Shown here piece after piece: positions 33,860 through 44,500 of a stretch of DNA of 64,000 bases (position 1 is the first letter of the stretch; each line of letters begins with the position of its first letter). Where the stretch lies: assembly GCF_000315625.1 (NCBI RefSeq), contig NW_005434470.1, positions 1-64,000 on the forward strand, read 5' to 3'. The notes under the pieces were generated by a model. The model worked only from the letters and a program-made list of their open reading frames with translations. It was not told the DNA's origin and searched no databases. A program made the position numbers and the translations under genes. The DNA is from Guillardia theta CCMP2712. Lineage: Eukaryota; Protista; Cryptophyta.

Positions 33860-35700
33860 GTATTGTAAATCTGGGGTTAAATTATTTGTTAAATGAAACG
33901 ATTCGAGCGCGAAGCGACTGGTTTTGGACAGATCTACCCCACGGTCCAATGACTGATGTAGCTGGTTTGAAGCACCGGTGGGCCTTGTCAGTAATTATTG
34001 TGTATAATTTTAATAGAGTAAATGGGGGGCTGGAGGATACCGAAAGGATATCTCTTCGATGATCTAGAACAACATTCTTCGTCGTTTGGACGTAAGTCTG
34101 GTACACCCGGTGAGATTTTTAAAACTCTTCTAAACCACCTGTGGTTTTCTATGGGAACAACGGTGGGTAGCAGTATTTCCAACCCTCCTCCGCTGTTAAA
34201 CATTTTCAAATTTATATTCGTCATTTCTCCATTTCTGTACATCGTTTTGAAATCCTTCTCTGATTCCACTCAAGTTTGCTTTTGCGGTGCATCTGTTTTA
34301 TGTTGGTACGTTCTATAAATCCATTATATAGAACCCCAGTACAACAAAAAAAACAAGAGACATTTTTCGCCCCCAAAGACCACATCAGAGGTCCTGCTAT
34401 GGTGTACCCCTACCACCCTTAAACGCACCATAGCTCACTCGATGGACCACCAACTACGGTCCAACAAATCCTCGATAACCCCTCAATAGATTTACAACCA
34501 CATGTTCTTCGTGAGGGAATTCACTCACTTCCATCAACGTATGGGGTCGGGGGCTCCTTTCAACACCACCCCTACCCATCGATATCTCCTGGATGCCAAA
34601 GGAGACCTTCTAAAAGCAATTTTTGTGGCTCAGCACTATACAAACATATTGTTGGAAAAAAAGACATTCAATGTCTAGTTTACAGGTATGTAGGGGTATC
34701 CTCTGTATCAATAAGCTGTACATGGGGTACCTAAAATTGGGGGGTTCATCAAGTATATTGGGGTCTGAACATGCAAGGGGCAGCACTATTCCATACAGGT
34801 ATAATAAAATAACTATGATATCCATTCCCTGGTGATGCAAAAGTTCTAATAAACCATCCTGTGCAATTACCCAGGGGTGGGGTTAAAAACATGGGGTAGG
34901 GGGTAATGAGATCTCAAACCATGTTTGGAAGGCCCGGGGGGGCGAGAATGCGACTGCTCCCGCATGGAGAGAATCTCGGTCACCCGTACTTTTCCACTGA
35001 TTGATAGGAATTGAGGGGGTAGGGTAGGGATGAGTCTGGTGCAAGCGAGGCCGATAGAAAGATGTCAGCTGACGGGTATCAGGTTTGGCATCTCTTTTCG
35101 AGGAGACGGAGGGGTGGTGTAAGGATTCCTACCCTACCCTACCCTACCCTACCATACAGTACACAACTGCTCCACCACCCTCGCTTTCGCGCTTTGGATG
35201 TCTTGTTTCCCAACAAATAAAACTACCCATCGTGAGACTAGTGATCTTCCATGGTGGGGTGTTCTCAAAAGGGCCGTGGATACCATCAGTGAGGGGTAGG
35301 GAGGGGGGCCCTTTAAAAAGGGAGTTATTGTATCCCTTGAGAGTTGCCGTGAGTCACGACTGTTCAGACCTCTCTCATCTTATCTTGCTAGGTCCTTATG
35401 GGGTAGGTACTCACCCCTACCCTCTATTGCCCTCTTGGTGTGCTCTATCAGACGCCTGTCCTTGAGACCAGCCCTGTAACACAGCATGATACCTAAAACT
35501 CCTGTCTCCTTTGACCACCCCACCCATCCATCCAATGCAACAACCCTTTCACAAGTGTGCATTGGGTCGAAAAGGAGGTTTTTCGATGATAGTTCGGGGG
35601 CGACTTGGTAGTAAACGAGATTTTTGGGCTTATGTGTCTCCCCCCCTTGGCGACGAGTCCCGTATCTGAAAGATCAACGTTTCGCATCACAAATTCTCGG
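33860..35700. repeat. GGGTA/TACCC-rich degenerate non-coding block
   Basis: accctaccctaccctaccct, ggggtagggt words; AT-richer spacers. Confidence 0.6.
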
Positions 35701-35999
35701 TAATCTGCGAAAATACTCTGTTTCAGAACATCCCCCCGAAGTTTTCGGTGGATGCTTCAGAGTGGGTCGCTTCTCAGTTCAGAAAGACCTGATTTCGAGA
35801 CCGGGCTACGAAAATCCCAGTTGGAGGCCGCATCTTTTCGAAACGCTGGATTTTTGCTGCTTTTGCGACCCATTATGCGGCTCGTGCCATCAAAATTGAT
35901 TTATTGCAGAACCCCCCAAAAGCCCCCAGCTCGTACCCTGTTTCACGGGCTACACCCCTTTGTTGCGATTTTCGGATGTGAATGATGATGTCCGATTTC

Positions 36000-36845
36000 C
36001 GAGTCCGCCTCTGCTGCTCAGTGAACTTACCGTAGTACCCTAGTACCGTACTACGGGCCGCGGCCCGGCCGCCGGGCCTTCCGGGTGAACCGCCGCGCCC
36101 GCCGAACTCAGTTCGGAACTTCCGAACGGCAGCAGTGAGGCTTTCGACTTCCGAAGAGGCTAGTAGGCCGTAGGTGACGAACGTTGAAGTCTTGCACGTT
36201 GATCTGACTCGGAATGGCGAGCCTGACTGCCGCCTTTGATCATCCGATAGGATCTCAGACGGTCGGATCGGACGGGCCGGACTCGATTCAACTTACTAGG
36301 GCGCTCACTGTAACTTAAGGCAGAGCCACGGCACGGTCCCTGCCAGTGCAGGGGCCGAACTTCGGAAGTACGGTCTCCGCCGCGCCGCTCGGACTCGGAG
36401 CGGTGGCACTCAGTACAGCACCTTCCGACTCTTTCCGACCTCCGACCATCCGATCGGACCGTGACGGTCACTGGCCATTGTACCGTACCGTCTGCCGGAC
36501 TCCTCACCTTGGAGCCGATTGAACAGATTTCAAGTTTCAACTATCCGCGGCTTGAACTGGGAATCATCGGTCATCACCAGTCAGTGGCCCGGCCCCGGCC
36601 GCGGGTGCCGTCCGCAGATGCCATCCCCCGGACGTTATGGGCTAGCCGGTCACTCGCCGCCGGACTCCGGCGTAACGTGCTACGGTCGGAGAGTCGGACG
36701 CCGTGGCCGGGCCCGGCTGATCATACTACTGTCGTAACTTTGAGTAAAGTCGCCTGACTGTCGGACGGTTCCGAAGTGATTGCTGACTGAATTGTCCTCG
36801 TACTAATCTTTAACTTAACTTTGAGTAAAGGAACTTCCGAAGGCG
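36000..36845. repeat. GC-rich motif-built repeat block ending in the 44-bp element (36787-36830)
   Basis: attgtcctcgtactaatctttaacttaactttgagtaaag, plus partial taactttgagtaaag at ~36735. Confidence 0.75.
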
Positions 36846-37012
36846 AATCAGGCTGTAGCAACGACGTGAGGCTCGGGAGTTTTGTTTTGTTCTGATCTCT
36901 TGCAACATAACACTACAACACGCCTGAAAGCTCGGACTTCGATCCGGTGACTGGCATTTGTTCACGGCTGCCTCTTCACTTCCCTCTCGACCCCTTGGGG
37001 TTGAATTTTTTC

Positions 37013-38419
37013 AGTGTCGACTTAGTCTGATGAAACTATATTCAGGACAAGGCAGACTTTCCGGTACGGTCAAGGTCACCTTGTTTTTCTTGGCTTTGCC
37101 CTCGTCATCTGAATCTTCCTTCTGGCATCAGGGTGAGAAGTTGATTGTATCTTGTTCACTCCCAAACCTTGCTCTTGGATGTGGATGAGAAGATGAAAGT
37201 TTTTGCACCGTTGCGTATGATGTCAGGGTCCTCCGATGGCATCGATGGACCGAATCCCTAACCAGCAATCATTGACGGCAACAGCAGCCACAGCACAGAC
37301 CGCGGTTCTGCGATGTGAATAACCAGGAAATGCCGCATGATCGAAGTCGACAGCGGTCTTGAGTTGCAAACTTGGAAGATAGTGAGAAGATTACAAGAGC
37401 AACGAGGGGAGCAACCCAGAAATTGCGATTCCTATCCTCGCAACCTTCCAACTGTCGTAGGGTTCACCTTTTTTGATGGTGACGAAGACTTTGCCTTGAT
37501 ATGATGTGAGCGAATGGAAGACAACTCTGCGTCATTGCAATCAAACCTGTTGGTGAGAGAATCTTGCTCGAGCTATCAAGGAACTTGCGGATAAGATCTT
37601 GATTGGCAGCGATGTTGTCATCCTGCACAACACTCACTATCTTTGTCGTCTGTCACGACTGCACCTGCTCCTTGATCCCAAGGCCGACGTGAGGGAAGTT
37701 GAAGATGATAGAGTCATAGGGACCATCCAGCTCAGGAAGCTCGGCTACTCTGAGAGGAGGGGTAAGAGGAGAGGTCTGGCGCAAACACCACAAGATGCCT
37801 TGTTGCGTCGATCTGGAACAGCACGCTGGCCCCCCCCTCTCTCAGCTTGTCCACGTGCCCTTGAGCATCGTCGTACTTGTTCTGCAGTACCTCTAGCGAG
37901 TCATAGCCTGCCGAGCTCTCCATAAGTACTCCTCACACTCCATCATCAGCTCCCTCCCCATCATACATGTTGACGTGACCGACGATCCGCCTTGCAACAG
38001 CTCAAGGAGGGCGACGCTGAAGCTAAAGTTCCCATCGCCGACCACGAGCACCTGCTCGTCAGGGCCATCTAGATCATGATAACGAGTGGAGGACGGCAGC
38101 ATTCACCTTCCCTGCCTGCTTTCGGATCTGAGTTGACGCGGCCTGCAAGGGAGGATTCGGTTGCTGGCTCTTCGCGGAGGGCTTCTGTGAGTTCTGCGGA
38201 CCGTTCTTGAGGATCACATTCTTGGACCATGCAGCATTGTGCCCCGACTTCAGTCCTTGCACCAGCATCTCTTGTGCTTTCTGAGTGTTGACATCAGACA
38301 CGCACATCACAATCCAGGTAGATCAACCCTATCACCTTTGGGAGTTTGCCCAGAGCCTTCTTCGCTCCTTTGCTCAGCATCTTCATCCCCTTGCCGCCCT
38401 TCTTCCCCCTTTTTGCCAT
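37013..38419 (-). CDS. DUF2431 / Bmt5-like 25S rRNA uridine-N3 methyltransferase-domain protein, multi-exon; ends approximate
   Basis: Exons: basic N-terminus MAKRGKKGGKG, VLVVGDGNFSFSVAL, YDSLEVLQNKYDDA...VLFQIDAT, YDSIIFNFPHVG, NQDLIRKFLDSS, VFVTIKKGEPYDSWK, FPGYSHRRT. These are DUF2431 signatures. Confidence 0.85.
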
Positions 38420-39335
38420 GACCTGATGAAAGTCAAACATCAACAACTCCAAACATCAACAAGTATTCATGTACGAAAGCATCTTTTAATTCTAGTTTCG
38501 CATCAACAAAACCTGTTCATCCAAACTTCTCTGCAGCATCTATCCTTCTCGGCATGCCCCTGCTTACTCTGCTACACGGCTCCTTATCAGATCCTTCTCT
38601 TCTCTCTTCATCCGAGTCGCGTCCTCACTCTCTTCTTCCTCCCGCTTCCTCCCGCTTCCCTGCAGACTCCGATTCCCTGCTGCATGTGCGAGTACCCCCA
38701 CCCTTCCACTCCATGCTAAGATCCTTTTTACCCATACTTTTCACTGCATAAGTACCGGTACACAGTGCTACCCACCAGGGGGAGGTTGAGAATGGAGTCG
38801 GTGCCCGGCCCGGGCCGCCGGGCCGGGCCGGCTAAAGCTGTTGGTAGACTGCCGGTAGTTCAGTTGCCAGGAACTTCCGAAGGGTCCTCGATGCCGAGCC
38901 TGCTTGCCACATGACAGTTGAAAGCTTGCCTGATCACTGAGCTTGGAGAGGTACAAGGTTGATGGCTGCTGGGGGAGCCTACAAGGCAACCAACGCCGCG
39001 GCGACAGAGAGCGACTCGGATAGATCGGACGCGGCTGAACGTGGGAGCCTCGGAAGCTGGGCCTTGCGTTCACGGTTGTTCTATCAGGATCTCATCTCAT
39101 CACATGCCTGTTTGAAGGGAGGTGAGATTGGACTAGATCGCATCGGCCTCATGGCTAGCGGGAGCTCTGAGTGAGCGGCACAGGCTGGCCAGCATGATGT
39201 GACCGTGGCTCCGATCAAGTAGAGGGTCGATCGTCACCCCGAGTGAGCTTAGCAGCGCACGTTTCAAAAGATCTTCCGTCACTTATCACGATCCTACTTA
39301 GCAGCTACATCACTCAGACATGCTGCACAGCAAGG

Positions 39336-41504
39336 TCACGAGGTGGGAACGAAGGGATTCACCATCCAGACCGTAACGTTTCTCCCCTCCCTCCTCGGCT
39401 CCTCGCAGACAGGGTCGAGGTACGTCAGAGCAGGGTACAGGTACTCCTCCTCCTTGGGGTAGACCGACAGGAACTGCAGGGAGCTGCCCATCTGGATTGG
39501 TTTGACTTGGATTTCAAACAGCAGCGGGGTCTCGCTAGCCGCGTACTTGTCCGCTATCGCCTTGCATGCTGTGGTCGACATGCATGCGAACTCCGTCCCT
39601 CCTCTCAGCCCAAACTCCCTTGGGACCACTTTGTCCTTCACCCCGCGCCATAGAGTATACCGCCTGCCAGGCTCTAAGTTGTCCAGGTTGACGATGCGGA
39701 GTTTGCAGATTCCTTCAGTGAGGTACATGACCGTCATGGCGAGTGGGTGGCGCTTGATCGGCGCACGAAGGTACTTGTTGATGAGCCTGAACGTGTCGGA
39801 GGTGTACAACCGGAGAGCGAGCACGTTCTCCTTGGACAACTTCGCCCGCACGCTGTGAGGGTGGTGCAAGAAGTCCTCCAGCGTCATCCCCCTGTGCAAG
39901 TAGTCGTAGTCCTCCTCCTCGATCGCTCCTCCGTGGTACTGCCTCGAAGCCAACTGCGCCTTGACATGCGGGGGGATCCACTTCTCGTCCCCCGCAGTCC
40001 CGGCCAGTATGTACCGCAAGTTGTCAATGTCGCTCTGCTCTCCATGCTCCTCGATCTCCCTCACTATCCCTGCCACCCCGTCCACCAGCAGTTCCCCATA
40101 CTCCGACTGGCTCAGCCCCAGGAAGTGCCTCACCCCCAACGTCGACTCCTGAACGGCGCCGAGCTTTAGTTCGGCGGCCACGTACTTGCCAGCCTCTGCC
40201 CCTCCCGGCGCCATGCCGACATCCTCGGCCATGGCAGGCGGACTTTGCCGCAGGGGGATTTGGACGATGACCGAACCCCCAGGAGGGACTTTAATCCACT
40301 GCTCCAAGGCATTCCCCCAGGGAGCGTGCACGCTAGCCCACGCCTCGAAGCCCCTGGGGTAGCCGCCTTCAAAGAGGAGGAGCACTGAGCTGCTCTCCTC
40401 GTGCAACAGGATCTGAACGTCGTCCACCATCCCAAGCCCTCCCTCTGCCTTGCGATGCACTACACACTGATGCTTGCTCTCGATCGTCTGTTGAGCCACC
40501 GAGTCCCTCAGCCTATTGGACGAGCAGCAGTGGACGACATAGTCCGTCCACGCCACCACCACATGTTTCACGAAGACGTTGGTGACATCATCGGACTCAT
40601 GGTTCCTCTGGTTCTTTTCCCCTACCCTGTACACCCGAGCAGACAGGCCCTCCCTCTCCAGCTCTTCAGCGCTCACGATCTCTGCATCCTCCGTCCCAGC
40701 AGCCAGGAAGCTCAGCCTCACTCGCTCCTGATGCCTCAGGGGGACTTGAACGAAGGTCGATCCTCCAGGTCGGATCCGTTCCATCAGCCTGGACCACGGA
40801 GCACGAACGTCCGCGCCTCCTTCACTTCCGTTGGGGTAGCCTCCTTCCAGCAGCACGAAGACACAATGACGCCGTTGATCCACATGGAACTGAACATGCT
40901 GTACAGCCTTTGGGTCCAGCTTCCCTCCTTTCCTGTAGAAGATAGCCCGATGTTTCCCCTCCACGAAGAAGCTGCGGTGGACGTCTTCGATGCGGTCGGA
41001 GGAGGAGAAGAGGACAAGGAAGTTCGTCCAACTCCGGATGATGTGGAGCAACTGGTCCTTCTCGTTTGGCCATGGCGACTCTGCAACTGCAACGTCCTCT
41101 CGCTTGATCGCCATGACAGGCGGCTGGCGCATTTCAGGGTTGCGGTCTACCCTCACGTTGGGTTCAGTCACGTGTAAGATCGGGCTACCATCCTCCGGCA
41201 AATCGCTCTTCACCGTCGGATGAAACCTCTTGTCTGCTCCCTTTCTATCTGCTCCCTCGGCGACTGCTGTCCTCTCCGATGCCCCACGAGCTCCTGGCTT
41301 ACCTGCTTCCCCCGTGAGTGCCTTCGAGTCCTGAGAGCCTGCCAAGGTCTTTGAGATGGTTCTTGTACTCGAGTTCGTGATCACCTGCAATGGATTTGAT
41401 TTCCTCGTTGACAGTTGCTGACTGTCCACATTCCATGGATCCTCTAGAAACTGCGAACAAGTCTCCGTCAGTACACTATGCATGTTATGTGCCATCAAAT
41501 CCAT
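39336..41504 (-). CDS. Mono-ADP-ribosyltransferase (R-S-E / ARTC-type) with two tandem copies of an unrecognised ~105-aa domain; intronless
   Basis: C-terminal region has ALRLYT...INKYLR, TLWRGV (R), CMSTT (S) and SVYPKEEEYLYP (ExE). Internal repeats share W-T, KH, EGGYP, APW, PGGS and Q-PLR. Confidence 0.85.
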   Translation of the reverse strand: MDLMAHNMHSVLTETCSQFLEDPWNVDSQQLSTRKSNPLQVITNSSTRTISKTLAGSQDSKALTGEAGKPGARGASERTAVAEGADRKGADKRFHPTVKSDLPEDGSPILHVTEPNVRVDRNPEMRQPPVMAIKREDVAVAESPWPNEKDQLLHIIRSWTNFLVLFSSSDRIEDVHRSFFVEGKHRAIFYRKGGKLDPKAVQHVQFHVDQRRHCVFVLLEGGYPNGSEGGADVRAPWSRLMERIRPGGSTFVQVPLRHQERVRLSFLAAGTEDAEIVSAEELEREGLSARVYRVGEKNQRNHESDDVTNVFVKHVVVAWTDYVVHCCSSNRLRDSVAQQTIESKHQCVVHRKAEGGLGMVDDVQILLHEESSSVLLLFEGGYPRGFEAWASVHAPWGNALEQWIKVPPGGSVIVQIPLRQSPPAMAEDVGMAPGGAEAGKYVAAELKLGAVQESTLGVRHFLGLSQSEYGELLVDGVAGIVREIEEHGEQSDIDNLRYILAGTAGDEKWIPPHVKAQLASRQYHGGAIEEEDYDYLHRGMTLEDFLHHPHSVRAKLSKENVLALRLYTSDTFRLINKYLRAPIKRHPLAMTVMYLTEGICKLRIVNLDNLEPGRRYTLWRGVKDKVVPREFGLRGGTEFACMSTTACKAIADKYAASETPLLFEIQVKPIQMGSSLQFLSVYPKEEEYLYPALTYLDPVCEEPRREGRNVTVWMVNPFVPTS

Positions 41505-41819
41505 CGCTTATCAGGTAATCTCACACATGCGCATAAATGTAATCCCAGGAGGGAGTAGAAACAGGTAGTTGATGAAAGTAAGTTACAGTTACAAAGTACC
41601 GCATGGGAGGGATTGGGGGAACGGGAGGGAGGAAGAGGGAGGAGGGAGGAGGGAGTAGAGGGGAGACGGGGAGGAAGGGAGCAGTTATCAAGGGTGGACT
41701 AAGAGACGAGGCAACGATCGAGGTGAGAGGGGAGATGGGAGCAGGAGAGGAAGGTGTAGAAGGAGTTGCAGGAGGTAGGGGGTGCAGCTTGTACGGAGGG
41801 CGAGCAACAAGGGAAAATG

Positions 41820-42110
41820 AGGATTTCCCGGCCGTCCGCCGGACGGTGGCACCCGCGGGTCCCCGGCCGGGCCGCGCGGCGGGGGCCCGGTCTCCGAGTC
41901 TGGGCCGCGCGGCTCTCAGCGTGACGCGGCCGGGCCAGAGCCGCTCAGTCATCCGGCGTCCCGGCCCTGAGTTCGCCAGCCGGAGCCGGGGCCCGGGGTG
42001 GGGGGGTGGCGGCCGGGCCGGGCTGGATTCCGAGCACGGCACCGTGCCGAGTCACTGCTGAGGTCAGTTGAAAGAAGCCTTCAAGTTCAGTCAGTGCTGA
42101 GTGATCGAAA
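41820..42110. repeat. GC-rich motif-built repeat block between divergent genes
   Basis: ccgg/gagtca words. Confidence 0.6.
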
Positions 42111-42323
42111 ACCGGAAATAGACCGTACTGGACTCTTTGAAAATTCCTAGCTCAAATGACTCGACCGTCGAGTTGGTTGTTTACCGGAGGCTCTACTTTG
42201 TTGTCATAGAGTTTTCAAATTTAAGAGGGAGATTTTCGCTCTTTAGTCCCAGGTTTGAACTTCGACAACTTTTGACCGTCGGACGGGCGGGCAGTATCTG
42301 TACCGAAGAACCCCTGCGTGAAA

Positions 42324-43925
42324 ATGGCCATGCAGGCAGGAATCATGATGGCTTCACCATATGGGAGTGAACAGGGCCCGGGTGTAGGCTGGGAACGAGG
42401 AGGTTCAGGAGGAGGAGGAGGAGGAGGAGGAGGACTTTATCCTCAGACGACTCCATCGAATTTGTACCCTGTTACCACTGAGAACCAGTTGCATCCTACC
42501 ACTTACGCAGAATTGGTGACGACATACACACCAATTCCTGTTGCTCAACCCTACGATGGCCGCTCGCAGGCAGCCAAGGACAAGGTCGTCGGTGATTCTC
42601 AAGAAACAGCATCGCCCATCGATTTTTGTACATTCATGGGCAGATTTTATGATCCTCTCAACCTTTACAACAAGTTTCGAGAGCATTTTGAGATCAGTGA
42701 TGAGTACTCTCCTTTTTTCGCTCAGCCCAGCGACTGCGATGCATACTCGAGGAGGGAGAGGGTATTGGTTTTTATCAACACGATACTGGCAATCTTAGCA
42801 TCTTCATCTTTTGTCATGATGATGACCGATGAAAATGACTTCGTGAGGGCATCAGCCGGCGCGGTTATCAGTCCACTGATACAGCGCCTTATGTTGAACG
42901 GGTTGTTGAAGAAGATTTTCAAGGCTAAGGCAGACGAAGGTGGAGGGTGTGAAAGGTTCTTCAAAAGATTTGTCAATGTTCTGGCATTCTTCCTTTGCTG
43001 CATATCATGCTTTCTTGGAGTCCTCTTCATCATGATCGCCTTCGAGTGCAAATTTTACACTTTTGCAAACCCCAACGCTATTGCCATGGCTTTGGCAGAA
43101 GCAAAACTGAACAATACGGCCTTAAAGAATGTCTCCAACACGTTTGCTGCCAACCAGACTGCACTGGAGGGCGCTACTGTACACAACAGCACAATGGTGA
43201 ATGGAACGAAATCAACGTTCAACCAAATGAAGATGGTGTTTACATGTGAAACTAAAAGCCAACAAGCTGCTGAGAGCTTCTGTTCTCAGCTGGGTGGACG
43301 CCTGCCATTGTTTGAAATTGATTCCGAACTCAAGATGGCAACTGAGATCATCAGGGAGCATTTTGACGCCAACTTTGTCACGACCGGAAAACATATTTGG
43401 ACAGGCCGAGTCGATGACTGGCAGAAATGTGTCAGTCTTCACTGGGGTGATAAGAATGCAGCACCTTCGTTGGATGATTATCAAGCTTGCTCCGATGCGC
43501 ACCAATTCATCTGTCTCGTCAACGAAATTCCTCTCAACCTCAAAGCAGATTTGGCGGACTGCAACTGCGACAACAAGACGAGCACACTGGTCAACAGCTT
43601 GCTGATACAGTATGCTTCGTCATACTTCGTTGGGAACATCTTGAAATACTGCTATAATATTTTGCTAGCCCCGATCTACTTCCTGTGCTTGGGTTCATGC
43701 TGCAATTGCATTCGTAAAGTCTTGGATTGGACAGTGATGGAAGACTGGGCAAAGTCGGATAGTACAGGGAGTCCTGCTATCATGCATGCGCACAAAGACA
43801 TGTACTTCACTGTCTTTGTCTGTTACGATGAGCCAGACAACTTGTGCTGCTTCAAGCCTGCTGAACTAGCAAGTCGAGCTTCTCAAAGTCTCTCTTTCCG
43901 GAGTGAACCAGCTGTTGTGACATGA
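42324..43925 (+). CDS. Multi-pass membrane protein with a C-type-lectin-like domain in a loop; intronless
   Basis: About four hydrophobic segments and several NxT/S sites. CTLD-like segment reads AESFCSQLGGRL...IWTG...QKCVSL...QACSDAHQFIC. First ATG at 42324. Confidence 0.72.
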   Translation: MAMQAGIMMASPYGSEQGPGVGWERGGSGGGGGGGGGLYPQTTPSNLYPVTTENQLHPTTYAELVTTYTPIPVAQPYDGRSQAAKDKVVGDSQETASPIDFCTFMGRFYDPLNLYNKFREHFEISDEYSPFFAQPSDCDAYSRRERVLVFINTILAILASSSFVMMMTDENDFVRASAGAVISPLIQRLMLNGLLKKIFKAKADEGGGCERFFKRFVNVLAFFLCCISCFLGVLFIMIAFECKFYTFANPNAIAMALAEAKLNNTALKNVSNTFAANQTALEGATVHNSTMVNGTKSTFNQMKMVFTCETKSQQAAESFCSQLGGRLPLFEIDSELKMATEIIREHFDANFVTTGKHIWTGRVDDWQKCVSLHWGDKNAAPSLDDYQACSDAHQFICLVNEIPLNLKADLADCNCDNKTSTLVNSLLIQYASSYFVGNILKYCYNILLAPIYFLCLGSCCNCIRKVLDWTVMEDWAKSDSTGSPAIMHAHKDMYFTVFVCYDEPDNLCCFKPAELASRASQSLSFRSEPAVVT

Positions 43926-43929
43926 GGTA

Positions 43930-44500
43930 CGCTAACACGGAACTTCGCAAGTAATTGACACCTTTATAGTTGTTTCTCCTCCCGGGGGCCTGCCGTCGCC
44001 ACACGGTGAGTCAGTGGTTCCCACTGATCCAACCCTGGCCAAGGCTTGCACCGTGACTGAGCCACGGTGTGGCAGTGCTGGCACTACAGACGGCAAATGC
44101 AGCTGCTGGAATTTCATTTGAACTTCCGAACGGCGTCACGTATGATAAACCGTCGATGATCATTCGATCCGGTTCAGTTAAGAGTAAAGTTTAAATTAAC
44201 GACTCCCGGAGTCCATCAAGTCGACCCCAGCACTGCGGCATACCGTGACCGTGACACTGATCAGTGCCCCGCCGCGGCCGGCGGCGGGCTGACTCGGAGG
44301 TGCCATCACCGTTCCGACGACGGTTGAACTGAACTTCCCGCAAGTTCACCGCCGGCACGGGTCGGCCCCCCCCCGGCACCGGCAGTCACCGAGTCCCTGA
44401 GTCACCCCGGGCCCCCGCCGGCCGGGCCCGGACTCACCCCGCCCGGAGTGCTGTAGTGTCACTGAGGATTGCAAGCATTGCATGTGACTCTCGGAGGACC
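43930..44500. repeat. GC-rich motif-built repeat block
   Basis: gaacttccgaacgg, gtgactgag, ccggc words. Confidence 0.65.

Noticed and set aside
33860-34370. AT-rich stretch with short ORFs as a viral or Polinton-like remnant (similar stretch at 62280-62720)
   Set aside because: No recognisable viral or transposon protein motif; would need tBLASTx to support.
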